Source: a virus
Strand: one strand, 5' to 3'
Length of the DNA stretch: 42,577 bases
Virus record (IMG/VR): IMGVR_UViG_3300028429_000229
The notes below the pieces were generated by a model. The model was not told the origin of the DNA, did not search any database, and was given only the letters and a program-made list of their open reading frames with translations. The position numbers and the translations under genes are program-made. Positions 27,639 through 34,688 of the stretch are shown piece by piece. Every line of letters starts with the position of its first letter. The first letter of the stretch is position 1.

Positions 27639-27853
27639 CCGTCGCCTTTGATGAGTGCGCCGATGCGCGCAAAGTTTTCCGGCGTTATGGCGCCGGCTTC
27701 GTCGATCCATACTCGGGTTAAAGTTGGGGTTTTTATCACTTTCGGCTGGCGACACAGCAGCGGATAATTGTGTCGGTGCCGCGCTCCCGCCGCGTAACTC
27801 GTGAACCGAGCGCCGCACGCGCAACCGTATGTCTCAGACCAGTGGCGTTTCAT
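27635..27853 (-). CDS. Small protein with a C2H2-like zinc-finger motif
   Basis: 72 aa counted from ATG 27853 (GGAGG RBS). Motif YGCACGARFTSYAAGARHRH fits C-x-C-x12-H-x-H. Confidence 0.55.
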   Translation of the reverse strand: MKRHWSETYGCACGARFTSYAAGARHRHNYPLLCRQPKVIKTPTLTRVWIDEAGAITPENFARIGALIKGDG

Positions 27854-27878
27854 GCCATTGCCTCCTGTGTTGATCGAC

Positions 27879-27915
27879 GCATAAAATATTATGCAGATTG
27901 GCGGGTTGGTGTCAA
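27879..27915 (-). promoter_or_regulatory. Promoter P_C plus operator
   Basis: Minus strand reads TTGACA (27915-27910), a 16-bp spacer, then CATAAT (27893-27888). The perfect palindrome gcataaaatattatgc occupies 27879-27894. Confidence 0.75.
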
Positions 27916-28157
27916 CGCGATTTTCTAAATTCCAATAGCGCATCGGCAACTTTGAATGCCGCTCTCGCGATGTCATCGGACCTATGTCTCGACAAGAAAT
28001 CCGTGTTCGACATAAGCCCGGCTACAGCCTGCCCCGCGAACCAATCGCGCAAGGACATGCCGGACACCGTGCCGTGGTGCCAAGTGTACCCGTCGCTACA
28101 CACTTTCGAGTATTCTGCGTGTGTTGGAAACGCCTGTCCGCCATCTTTCACATTCAT
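27912..28157 (-). CDS. Hypothetical conserved phage protein
   Basis: ATG 28157 with GGAGGAG upstream. Motif DGGQAFP...GMSLRDWFAGQA is common in small phage proteins. Confidence 0.6.
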   Translation of the reverse strand: MNVKDGGQAFPTHAEYSKVCSDGYTWHHGTVSGMSLRDWFAGQAVAGLMSNTDFLSRHRSDDIARAAFKVADALLEFRKSR

Positions 28158-28158
28158 G

Positions 28159-28485
28159 TTACGCTCCTCCTTGCTCAAATTCGCGAACCGCGTCGAGCAC
28201 AGCACCTGCCACACCCTGCGGTTCGCCCTCGTCGCCGCGCGTCATGGCGGCGGACAGCTCTGCGATCGTTGCGCCGTGTTGCAGCGCGATGCTGATCAGC
28301 GTGGCAGTGTCGCGGGCGGCAACGTCCATGGCAGTTGTCGGCTTGTTAGCCGAGATAAATACTTCCTTCGGAGTGCCGGCCTCGTCGAACCCGACCATCA
28401 CGTCGTAGACCAAAACGGAAATATTGCCGGGGTGCGGCAGTGTAAACGTTAACCCCGGCCTGCGGTTCTTCAATCGTGACCTCAC
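28159..28485 (-). CDS. Stand-alone domain resembling the C-terminal (TSCPD-type) region of class II ribonucleotide reductase
   Basis: GTGA-coupled start. Pattern VMVGFDEAGTPKEVFISANK...ATLISIALQHGATIAELS...EPQGVAGAVLDAV parallels the NrdJ C-terminus (G.lgEiFid..K.G...a...S..LQ.G.p...P.G....S.lD.v). Confidence 0.45.
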   Translation of the reverse strand: MRSRLKNRRPGLTFTLPHPGNISVLVYDVMVGFDEAGTPKEVFISANKPTTAMDVAARDTATLISIALQHGATIAELSAAMTRGDEGEPQGVAGAVLDAVREFEQGGA

Positions 28486-29831
28486 GCCATCGCCTCCTGT
28501 AGATTGTCCTTCGCGGTGATCGAGACGATCGTATTGGCCTTGCGGGTTACGATCGAGGCGACCGTTTGATCGAAGCTGTTTTGCAGCATCACGAAGCGCG
28601 CGAAGGTGGGGCGCTTCTGTCCCTTGCGGCGCACGCGGCGCACAGCCTGGATGTTATCGGCCGGCGTCCACGAGCTTTCCAGCATGTCGAGCCGGCAAGC
28701 CGCAGTCAACGTGATGCCGGTGCCTGCGGCGGTGATGTTCCCGACGAGGACCCGCACGCCGTCCTGTTCGTGCTGGAAGCTCTGCACCGCATCTGTGCGC
28801 GCCTTCTCGCTCGTGCCGCCGACAATCGCGGCGGTGCGGATACCAGCCTGCGTCAAATGGTCCGCGACAAGCTGGATCGCGCGGCGGTGGTGCGCCATCA
28901 CGACCAGTTTGTCGATCGTGCCGGACTTGATCTCGTCCGTGATGAGCCGGGCGTAGCCGGGTGCCTTGGCCTCGGCAATCAGCGCGCGCAAGGTGGCGAC
29001 ATGGGTGCTGTCGTCGAACGACAGCGCACCTTCGGCCTCGACGGCCTGCACAATCCGCTGATCGAGCCCTGGATACTGCCGCAGGTAGTTCACGATTTCC
29101 TCGCGGGATCCGTCCACTGCCAGCGGGTCGATGCGGATCGGCGGTAACTGTTCGCCCACGTCGTCGAATGTCCGCATGATCGACATCGTGCGCAGCAGCG
29201 CCTGCAACTCGGGCAGCGCCTCCTTGCGCACCGTATTGGACACCGAAAATGTGCCGATCCGCTGCTTGAAGTAGCGCTTCTGGAATGCAGTGAACGCGAG
29301 CGGCGTCGCGCCGGCCAGCCGCATCGGCACCCATAAATCCGCCGGGTCGTTCTTGATTGGCGTGCCGGTCAGGCACCACACATGGTTCGCCATTGCGGCC
29401 ACGCCGCCGAGCCCGTTCGCCCCGATAATCGCCTTGGTGCGCTTCGCCTCGGGGTTCTTGAGGTAGTGGCTTTCGTCAATCACCAGCAGGTCGAAGAAAT
29501 CCGCCGCGAGGTCCGCCGACCAGTTGGTTGCCTGCTCGAACGACACGACCAGCACGTCGATCTTGTCCCGCTGCCACATATCCAGGTCGAACACGCTGTC
29601 GGCCTTGCACACCCGCGCACCGTCGCGGCCCCACAGCTTGAACTGGTAGGGCCAGACCTGCCGCACGCCGGCCGGGCAGATGACCAGCGTGCGCCCGGCG
29701 CGCACAAGCTCGCGGGCGCGGATGGCCTGCGCGGTCTTGCCGAGCCCCGGCTCGTCGAAGATCGAGGCGCGGTGCTTGCTCGCGAGAAACGCCGCGCCCT
29801 GAAGCTGGTATGGCTCAAGCTGGTCGGTCAC
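28482..29831 (-). CDS. SNF2-family helicase
   Basis: Walker A DEPGLGKTAQAI, motif II LVIDESHYLKN, C-terminal helicase motif GNITAAGTGITLTAA. GTG start overlapping the upstream stop. Confidence 0.85.
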   Translation of the reverse strand: MTDQLEPYQLQGAAFLASKHRASIFDEPGLGKTAQAIRARELVRAGRTLVICPAGVRQVWPYQFKLWGRDGARVCKADSVFDLDMWQRDKIDVLVVSFEQATNWSADLAADFFDLLVIDESHYLKNPEAKRTKAIIGANGLGGVAAMANHVWCLTGTPIKNDPADLWVPMRLAGATPLAFTAFQKRYFKQRIGTFSVSNTVRKEALPELQALLRTMSIMRTFDDVGEQLPPIRIDPLAVDGSREEIVNYLRQYPGLDQRIVQAVEAEGALSFDDSTHVATLRALIAEAKAPGYARLITDEIKSGTIDKLVVMAHHRRAIQLVADHLTQAGIRTAAIVGGTSEKARTDAVQSFQHEQDGVRVLVGNITAAGTGITLTAACRLDMLESSWTPADNIQAVRRVRRKGQKRPTFARFVMLQNSFDQTVASIVTRKANTIVSITAKDNLQEAMA

Positions 29832-30175
29832 TTCGGGTCATCCACTTTGAAGTTGACGGCCTCGGCGCCCTTGGTCACGAGCAGGCCCACTGTATCGCAG
29901 ATCTTCATTCCGTGCCGGGCAGCAAAGCGGTAAATCAGGTCGCACGTATCTTCGCGCAGACGGACGTTCATCTGCGTGTAGGTGTTGCGCGTGTCCGGCT
30001 TCGTGCCGTGGTAAATGTGCCGCCGGGACACGCCGATCAGCTTCGCGATCTTGTTGGGCAGAAACCCGGCAGCGCGCAACTCGCGCACAACCTCGTTGCG
30101 CTCCTGCACGGTCGTCCAAAAATATCGGCGCTCCTCGCCATTGACGTGCGCAACGACGGTGCGGTTTCCCTTCAT
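29828..30175 (-). CDS. DNA-binding protein: HTH plus a ribbon-helix-helix-like C-terminus
   Basis: Likely start ATG 30175 (ATGA overlap). HTH is PNKIAKLIGVSRRHIYHG. C-terminal MNVRLREDTCDLIYRFAARHGMKICDTVGLLV fits an RHH pattern. Confidence 0.6.
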   Translation of the reverse strand: MKGNRTVVAHVNGEERRYFWTTVQERNEVVRELRAAGFLPNKIAKLIGVSRRHIYHGTKPDTRNTYTQMNVRLREDTCDLIYRFAARHGMKICDTVGLLVTKGAEAVNFKVDDPK

Positions 30176-30381
30176 CGCTGGCATGTCGGACAAACCTTCT
30201 TGAGACTAATCGCCGCGACGATCCCGCGCCACTGCTTATCCTGCGGGTGTTCCACCTTGGCCCGCAAAGCCGCCACGGCCTCGCTAAAGTCGGCAAGCAT
30301 CTGGCCTTGGGTTTTGTGCTTCTTCAGTCGCACATTCACGCGGAATGCCGCTTCGGGCCACACCTGTTTCTCGGTCATCAT
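30172..30381 (-). CDS. Small protein, possible RHH-like regulator
   Basis: ATG 30381 with an ATGA overlap on the RusA stop. Segment AFRVNVRLKKHKTQGQMLADFSEAVAAL. Confidence 0.5.
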   Translation of the reverse strand: MMTEKQVWPEAAFRVNVRLKKHKTQGQMLADFSEAVAALRAKVEHPQDKQWRGIVAAISLKKVCPTCQR

Positions 30382-30821
30382 CCGATCCTCATCATCACGT
30401 AGCCCGGCCAGTCGGCCTCGGCTACGACGGTTGCAATACATTGGTCGTTCGGAAGTCCGTCGCACATATGCACCATGTGGTCGCGCATGTCGGCGTCATC
30501 AACCACGATTGCCAGCCCCTCGCGGGCTTGGTTCGCGACGCTCGGCGCGCGCAGCACGTCGGAGATCAGCTTGGTTCGGTTGTCGCTGTCACCTTTCATG
30601 TTCTTCGGCAGGTCGATCCATAGGCAGTAGCGGCCATTGCGGAACATCGGCAGCTTGTCGAAGTCGCCGAGTGTATCGCAGACCTGCTGCCACCAGAACC
30701 GATAAGCGGCGGTCTTGGCCGTGCGGTGCGAGTGACCCCGAGACGCGAACGCAGCGTTCACGCTCGGCGGCAGCGGCAGCCGCACGGACACAAGGTTCTG
30801 GCGAACGCGCGGCGGCATCAA
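30378..30821 (-). CDS. rusA: RusA-like Holliday junction resolvase
   Basis: LPLPPSVNAAF near the N-terminus and GDSDNRTKLISDVL (D.DN..K...D) motifs. Confidence 0.7.
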   Translation of the reverse strand: MMPPRVRQNLVSVRLPLPPSVNAAFASRGHSHRTAKTAAYRFWWQQVCDTLGDFDKLPMFRNGRYCLWIDLPKNMKGDSDNRTKLISDVLRAPSVANQAREGLAIVVDDADMRDHMVHMCDGLPNDQCIATVVAEADWPGYVMMRIG

Positions 30822-31024
30822 TCACCCTCGCGGTTTCGATCAACGCGCAGCAGCGTGTCGCGATGGCGCTTGTACATCTCGGCGCGCAACTCGGCCTGAC
30901 GGCGCGTGAGCCGCTCGGCCGCGAGCATGTCCGACATGTACATCCACACCGCCAGCCCGCAGCAGACGGCCGACACAACGGCCACGAACGCGAACCATGC
31001 GAATTGCTGAACCTCGGGCGTCAT
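30818..31024 (-). CDS. Small membrane protein
   Basis: TM segment FAWFAFVAVVSAVCCGLAVWMY. ATGA overlaps on both sides. Confidence 0.6.
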   Translation of the reverse strand: MTPEVQQFAWFAFVAVVSAVCCGLAVWMYMSDMLAAERLTRRQAELRAEMYKRHRDTLLRVDRNREGD

Positions 31025-31989
31025 GGTGCACCTGCCTCGCTGATCGCGTCCTGCGCCACCTTGGCCTTGTGCTCGGCGATGGCGCGCAGCGCAGCCATGC
31101 GCTCGGGCGTGGCCGGCGACCAGGTGCGTTCACCTTTGCGCATCAGCGACAGGTACGGGCGACTGATGCCAATCGCCTCGGCCAGATCGGCGTCACGCAC
31201 GCCAAGCTCCGAAAGATGCGCGGCGATCGACGCGACCGGGCTGACAGGGGCGTCACCCTTGGTTGCTTTGGCCGGGGCGGGCGTGGCGGGTGCCGGTTCA
31301 TCATCCCATCCGTCATCGCTGCTCGGCTCGGGTTCGGGCTGCTCAAATGCCTTCGCCACGAATGCCGGCGGCTTGAAGTCGTCGCCGTAACCGGCGGCCA
31401 GTTCGGGCGCAAACCCGATCACGCGGGCGCTACCTTCGATAAGCGGGCCGGCAGTTTTCAGATTATCGGCCGCGTCCTGGTAGATATCTTTCTTGCGCCG
31501 ATCCAGGTCAGCCGGGATTTCCAACTCGTGCTTCGGCTTCTGCGGCAGCGCGGCACCATGCAGGTGCGCGAGACGCGGTTCACTGCCGACGAACTCGCGA
31601 AGCTGCTTCCCGTCAACGGTCGAGATCGGCATGCCCGCGACGGCCAAGCCGAACGCCTGCCGGATGGCCGCGACACGCGCGGTCCAGTCCGACGCCTCGT
31701 AAATCGGCGTGGTTTCAACTTCCAGTCCCGGCGCGAACCGGGCGATGACCTCATCGAGATCAGCCAGCCCGCCGTTTTCCTCGATCTCGACCTCGCAGGC
31801 GACGGCCACGTCATCGACGAGCTTGCCGAGCCCGCGCGAGATCGCGGAACGGGCGTTTTCGCGGATCGCCGCGTTGGCCTTGTCCGTGACTGAAAGCCAC
31901 GTATCAGACGATCCGAACGCGGTTGGATCGTCGCGCAGCGAAAGCGGCCATTCGGCCGCCGCCCGCTCGATTTCTGCTCTGATGTCCAT
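31021..31989 (-). CDS. Hypothetical protein with a C-terminal HTH
   Basis: 322 aa. GAGAGGTGA RBS. First gene behind P_D. C-terminal DLAEAIGISRPYLSLMRKGER is Xre-like. Confidence 0.65.
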   Translation of the reverse strand: MDIRAEIERAAAEWPLSLRDDPTAFGSSDTWLSVTDKANAAIRENARSAISRGLGKLVDDVAVACEVEIEENGGLADLDEVIARFAPGLEVETTPIYEASDWTARVAAIRQAFGLAVAGMPISTVDGKQLREFVGSEPRLAHLHGAALPQKPKHELEIPADLDRRKKDIYQDAADNLKTAGPLIEGSARVIGFAPELAAGYGDDFKPPAFVAKAFEQPEPEPSSDDGWDDEPAPATPAPAKATKGDAPVSPVASIAAHLSELGVRDADLAEAIGISRPYLSLMRKGERTWSPATPERMAALRAIAEHKAKVAQDAISEAGAP

Positions 31990-32008
31990 TGGTTTTCACC
32001 TCTCGTTT

Positions 32009-32045
32009 GCATAAACCATTATGCGACCCCTGGCTGTCATGTCAA
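32009..32045 (-). promoter_or_regulatory. Promoter P_D plus operator
   Basis: Minus strand reads TTGACA (32045-32040), a 16-bp spacer, then CATAAT (32023-32018). The perfect palindrome gcataaaccattatgc occupies 32009-32024. Confidence 0.75.
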
Positions 32046-32317
32046 GAGTTCGCGTGGCGATCAGGCGCGGACTTCCGGTTCTGATCCTCTGCAGCCTTGT
32101 GTGCGGCATCGAATGTCCGAAACAGTCTCGGGCATCCTCGCGCGTCGAGCAGCTCCGCTTTGTGTGGCTGCGCGTCATCGTTCCAGACACGCCACATCGG
32201 CTTTCCGGCTTTTGTCATATACCCGCTTGCGGGTTTCCATGGGCCGGTCAAAGGAATGCGTTTTCGCGTCCACCTTTTAGGGTCGGTCAGGTTATGCGGA
32301 TCGTGTAGCGGGGCCAT
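32042..32317 (-). CDS. Hypothetical protein
   Basis: ATG 32317 behind repeat copy 1 (AAGGGTGA RBS). The track's 32326 start is a GTG. Confidence 0.55.
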   Translation of the reverse strand: MAPLHDPHNLTDPKRWTRKRIPLTGPWKPASGYMTKAGKPMWRVWNDDAQPHKAELLDARGCPRLFRTFDAAHKAAEDQNRKSAPDRHANS

Positions 32318-32319
32318 CT

Positions 32320-32352
32320 TTTTCACCCTTGGTTGCCTGGTTGCGTTGAAGC
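32320..32352 (-). repeat. 33-bp intercistronic leader repeat, copy 1
   Basis: ttttcacccttggttgcctggttgcgttgaagc is identical to 32608..32640. It ends 2-3 nt from the start codon. Confidence 0.9.
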
Positions 32353-32359
32353 GTGGCGG

Positions 32360-32605
32360 TCAGACCGCAACGCCGTTACCGAAAATAATCCGAACCGCGC
32401 ACAAACCTTCACTAGCGCGCTCGAACGCGATCGGGAGCCGGTTCCCGTGAAAAGGAAGCACGGCCAGCTTTTCGGCTTGGCAGGCTTTAGCGTAAGTCGC
32501 GGCGCGTTCCCGCACCGCGGCAGCTTCAAGCCGTGCCGCGTTCAGTTCACGCTCTATGCGCAAAGCCTCGTGCATCATGTCTGCGAAGAAACGCAGGTCG
32601 CCCAT
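32360..32605 (-). CDS. Hypothetical protein
   Basis: ATG 32605 behind repeat copy 2 (AAGGGTGA RBS). Confidence 0.55.
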   Translation of the reverse strand: MGDLRFFADMMHEALRIERELNAARLEAAAVRERAATYAKACQAEKLAVLPFHGNRLPIAFERASEGLCAVRIIFGNGVAV

Positions 32606-32607
32606 CG

Positions 32608-32640
32608 TTTTCACCCTTGGTTGCCTGGTTGCGTTGAAGC
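32608..32640 (-). repeat. 33-bp intercistronic leader repeat, copy 2
   Basis: Identical to 32320..32352. Confidence 0.9.
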
Positions 32641-32653
32641 ATGGCGCTTCCCG

Positions 32654-32680
32654 GTGAACCGCCTCACCTGGGCGGTTCAC
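32654..32680 (-). other. Perfect 10-bp hairpin after the stop of gene 32690..33094
   Basis: gtgaaccgcc-tcacctg-ggcggttcac. No U tract follows. Confidence 0.6.
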
Positions 32681-32689
32681 GAAGCAGCG

Positions 32690-33094
32690 TCACACGGCTT
32701 GCCAAACGGTGAAACCGGTTTTCTCTAAGCGCCGGCCCCAATGGAAACCGTTGTCGTCAAGGCAGGCCGTAACAAACTCATCAACGAAGTCGTGCCACGG
32801 GCGCCCATCCGTTTCGGCGATGCGGCATTCTTTGGCGCGCGCTTTGACTTTCTCGGCAAGCCGGCCTTTGCGCACCACATCAGCAACGGCCGCAGAATGC
32901 TTGTCGTATCCGCCCCCGCCCGCGAAGCCGCGCACCATCGGAACGCCGATCCAATGCACATAAGCATACAGGCGGCCAGCGCCGTCGCGCGGATACTTGA
33001 AGGCGATCGTTGCCACGCGAGCGCCATTGCGGGCGATGACATAGGCCGAGACGTTCGGGAAGGCGGCTTTGTGCTGGGCGTAAATGTCGGGCAT
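32690..33094 (-). CDS. Hypothetical protein
   Basis: 134 aa. AAGGA RBS. Direct repeat ACAACCGACA x2 lies in the upstream leader (33095..33131). Confidence 0.6.
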   Translation of the reverse strand: MPDIYAQHKAAFPNVSAYVIARNGARVATIAFKYPRDGAGRLYAYVHWIGVPMVRGFAGGGGYDKHSAAVADVVRKGRLAEKVKARAKECRIAETDGRPWHDFVDEFVTACLDDNGFHWGRRLEKTGFTVWQAV

Positions 33095-33134
33095 TGTCGG
33101 TTGTCCTTGCGTGTCGGTTGTGAGGATGGCCGCT

Positions 33135-33623
33135 TCAGGCCGTCAGAACGGCTAGTGTGTCTTGTGCAGAAGTGATTTTCTTCTTGATTGCGACGGCCGC
33201 CGCGCTTTGGGCTTCCGGGAGGATCTCGTTCGCCACGGTGACAAGATACGAATTATCCCCGTGAGGCCAATTCGCATCAACGCCCCACAAAGCGCATTCG
33301 TAATCATCCAGAAGCTGGAAACCGCCTTTTTCAGCGGTCACGGCAACGGCGCAATAGATCATCTCCCCTGCGCGGTGCATGGCCATAACGGCTTCGCAAT
33401 CGGCCATCTGCTGCGCATAGGATTTGCGCGGGTTATCGCCGATCCAGCCAGGAGCGGAACGGTCGAGAGAAGGCCAGAAACCTTCGTCGTTATCTTCTGG
33501 TTTCCCTGCATAATCGTCGCAGTGGATCGTCGCCGTGTAGGTCACGCCGTCAACCGTACATTTGATCGTATCGCCGTTGTGAACTTTGCCACTCGGGCGA
33601 TTGGAGAAAAGGCCGGTAAACAT
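33135..33623 (-). CDS. Hypothetical protein
   Basis: 162 aa. AAGGAA RBS. Confidence 0.6.
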   Translation of the reverse strand: MFTGLFSNRPSGKVHNGDTIKCTVDGVTYTATIHCDDYAGKPEDNDEGFWPSLDRSAPGWIGDNPRKSYAQQMADCEAVMAMHRAGEMIYCAVAVTAEKGGFQLLDDYECALWGVDANWPHGDNSYLVTVANEILPEAQSAAAVAIKKKITSAQDTLAVLTA

Positions 33624-33641
33624 TATCTCAGTTCCTTCTGG

Positions 33642-33779
33642 TTAGCGCATCGCGTGGATGCAGGTTGCGCGGGAATGGTAACGCTCGCACTGTTCGAGTG
33701 CTCGGGCGTAATTGCGGTTCAACATCGCAAACGTGACCAGGATCACGGCGATGACCGAGAGAATGGTGAGGCGGTTCAT
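33642..33779 (-). CDS. Small membrane protein
   Basis: 45 aa counted from ATG 33779 (ATGA overlap). TM segment LTILSVIAVILVTFAML. Confidence 0.5.
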   Translation of the reverse strand: MNRLTILSVIAVILVTFAMLNRNYARALEQCERYHSRATCIHAMR

Positions 33780-34018
33780 TGGTCGGCGGCCTTTGCGGCC
33801 GCGTGATTGTCGAACAGCTCGCGATATTCGTCGCACCACGAATTGAAATAGATGGGCGCGAGCTGAGAATAGACGCCCTCCACATTCTCGATTGCTTCCG
33901 CCGCGTCGTCGCCGGGCTGGAAGAAAACAGACGTGTTATCGCGCTTGCGAGTGATGGAAGCTCCACCGCCGCGATGCGTCGCAAAAGTGTATTTTTCCGT
34001 TTCATAAATGACTGGCAT
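33776..34018 (-). CDS. Hypothetical protein
   Basis: 80 aa counted from ATG 34018 (ACGGGGA RBS). Sits behind promoter 34053..34081. Confidence 0.55.
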   Translation of the reverse strand: MPVIYETEKYTFATHRGGGASITRKRDNTSVFFQPGDDAAEAIENVEGVYSQLAPIYFNSWCDEYRELFDNHAAAKAADQ

Positions 34019-34052
34019 CGGTGTATCCCCGTGTTTGTGTGTCGGTGTTGCG

Positions 34053-34081
34053 TATATAGCGGGTTGTAACATTCGTGTCAA
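34053..34081 (-). promoter_or_regulatory. sigma70-like promoter P_E (no palindromic operator)
   Basis: Minus strand reads TTGACA (34081-34076), a 17-bp spacer, then TATATA (34058-34053). Confidence 0.65.
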
Positions 34082-34608
34082 TCCCATCCGTCGCCGGCAT
34101 CGAATGGAAATTTTCCGTCACGGAGATAGGCGACCATATCCGCATACAGAAATTTTACACCGTCGCATTGAACGACGCGCTCTTCGCGGCCGCGCCATAC
34201 CGGCGCGCCGGTTATAGGTGATCCTGCTCTATATGTGCCGTCGCGCACGTCGCGCGCCCATACCAGGCGCGAGCCATCGAGACGGATTGCCGCGTGAATG
34301 CGGTCCGGGCGGATGCGCTCGCGGTTATCCGCCCATCCCGTGCTATCCGTGTCCCAGGGCCACGCATACCCGTCACGGATCGCTGCGGCGATATCGCCGG
34401 TCAGGTAAAACCGCCATCCGCATTTTACCATTCGGCCTCGGCCGTGAACGGGTTGCCCGTGACCTGCGGGTTCGCCGAACGGCACACGTTTCGGCTTTGA
34501 GAAGCGGGAAGCGCGCGGAAGTGCCGCCGCTTGCGCCTCGGAAACCCATGTAACAATACCGTCCACTAACGTCATGTAATCGAGGGGATCGACGATCCGT
34601 TCGGCCAT
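34078..34608 (-). CDS. Hypothetical protein, first gene of the leftward block
   Basis: 176 aa. AAAGGGG RBS. Its TGA stop lies inside the P_E -35 hexamer. Confidence 0.6.
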   Translation of the reverse strand: MAERIVDPLDYMTLVDGIVTWVSEAQAAALPRASRFSKPKRVPFGEPAGHGQPVHGRGRMVKCGWRFYLTGDIAAAIRDGYAWPWDTDSTGWADNRERIRPDRIHAAIRLDGSRLVWARDVRDGTYRAGSPITGAPVWRGREERVVQCDGVKFLYADMVAYLRDGKFPFDAGDGWD

Positions 34609-34688
34609 TTTTAGCCCCTTTCGTTTGCTATAGGCGTAAACAATAAACTACGCAAATTAGTAAGACGTCAAGTCGCTCATCATAAAGA

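Noticed and set aside
19602-34608. Lysogeny module (integrase, CI-like repressor, excisionase) or a toxin-antitoxin pair among the small leftward ORFs.
   Set aside because: There are no tyrosine or serine recombinase motifs and no attP-like repeat adjacent to such a gene. The HTH/RHH proteins are embedded in the replication operon. The lifestyle therefore remains undetermined rather than temperate.
34634-34671. Promoter for the first leftward gene (TTGACG at 34671-34666; TTTGCG-17-CTATAG alternative).
   Set aside because: No convincing -10 lies at the proper spacing from TTGACG, and the alternative has a poor -35. It is too weak to list as a feature.
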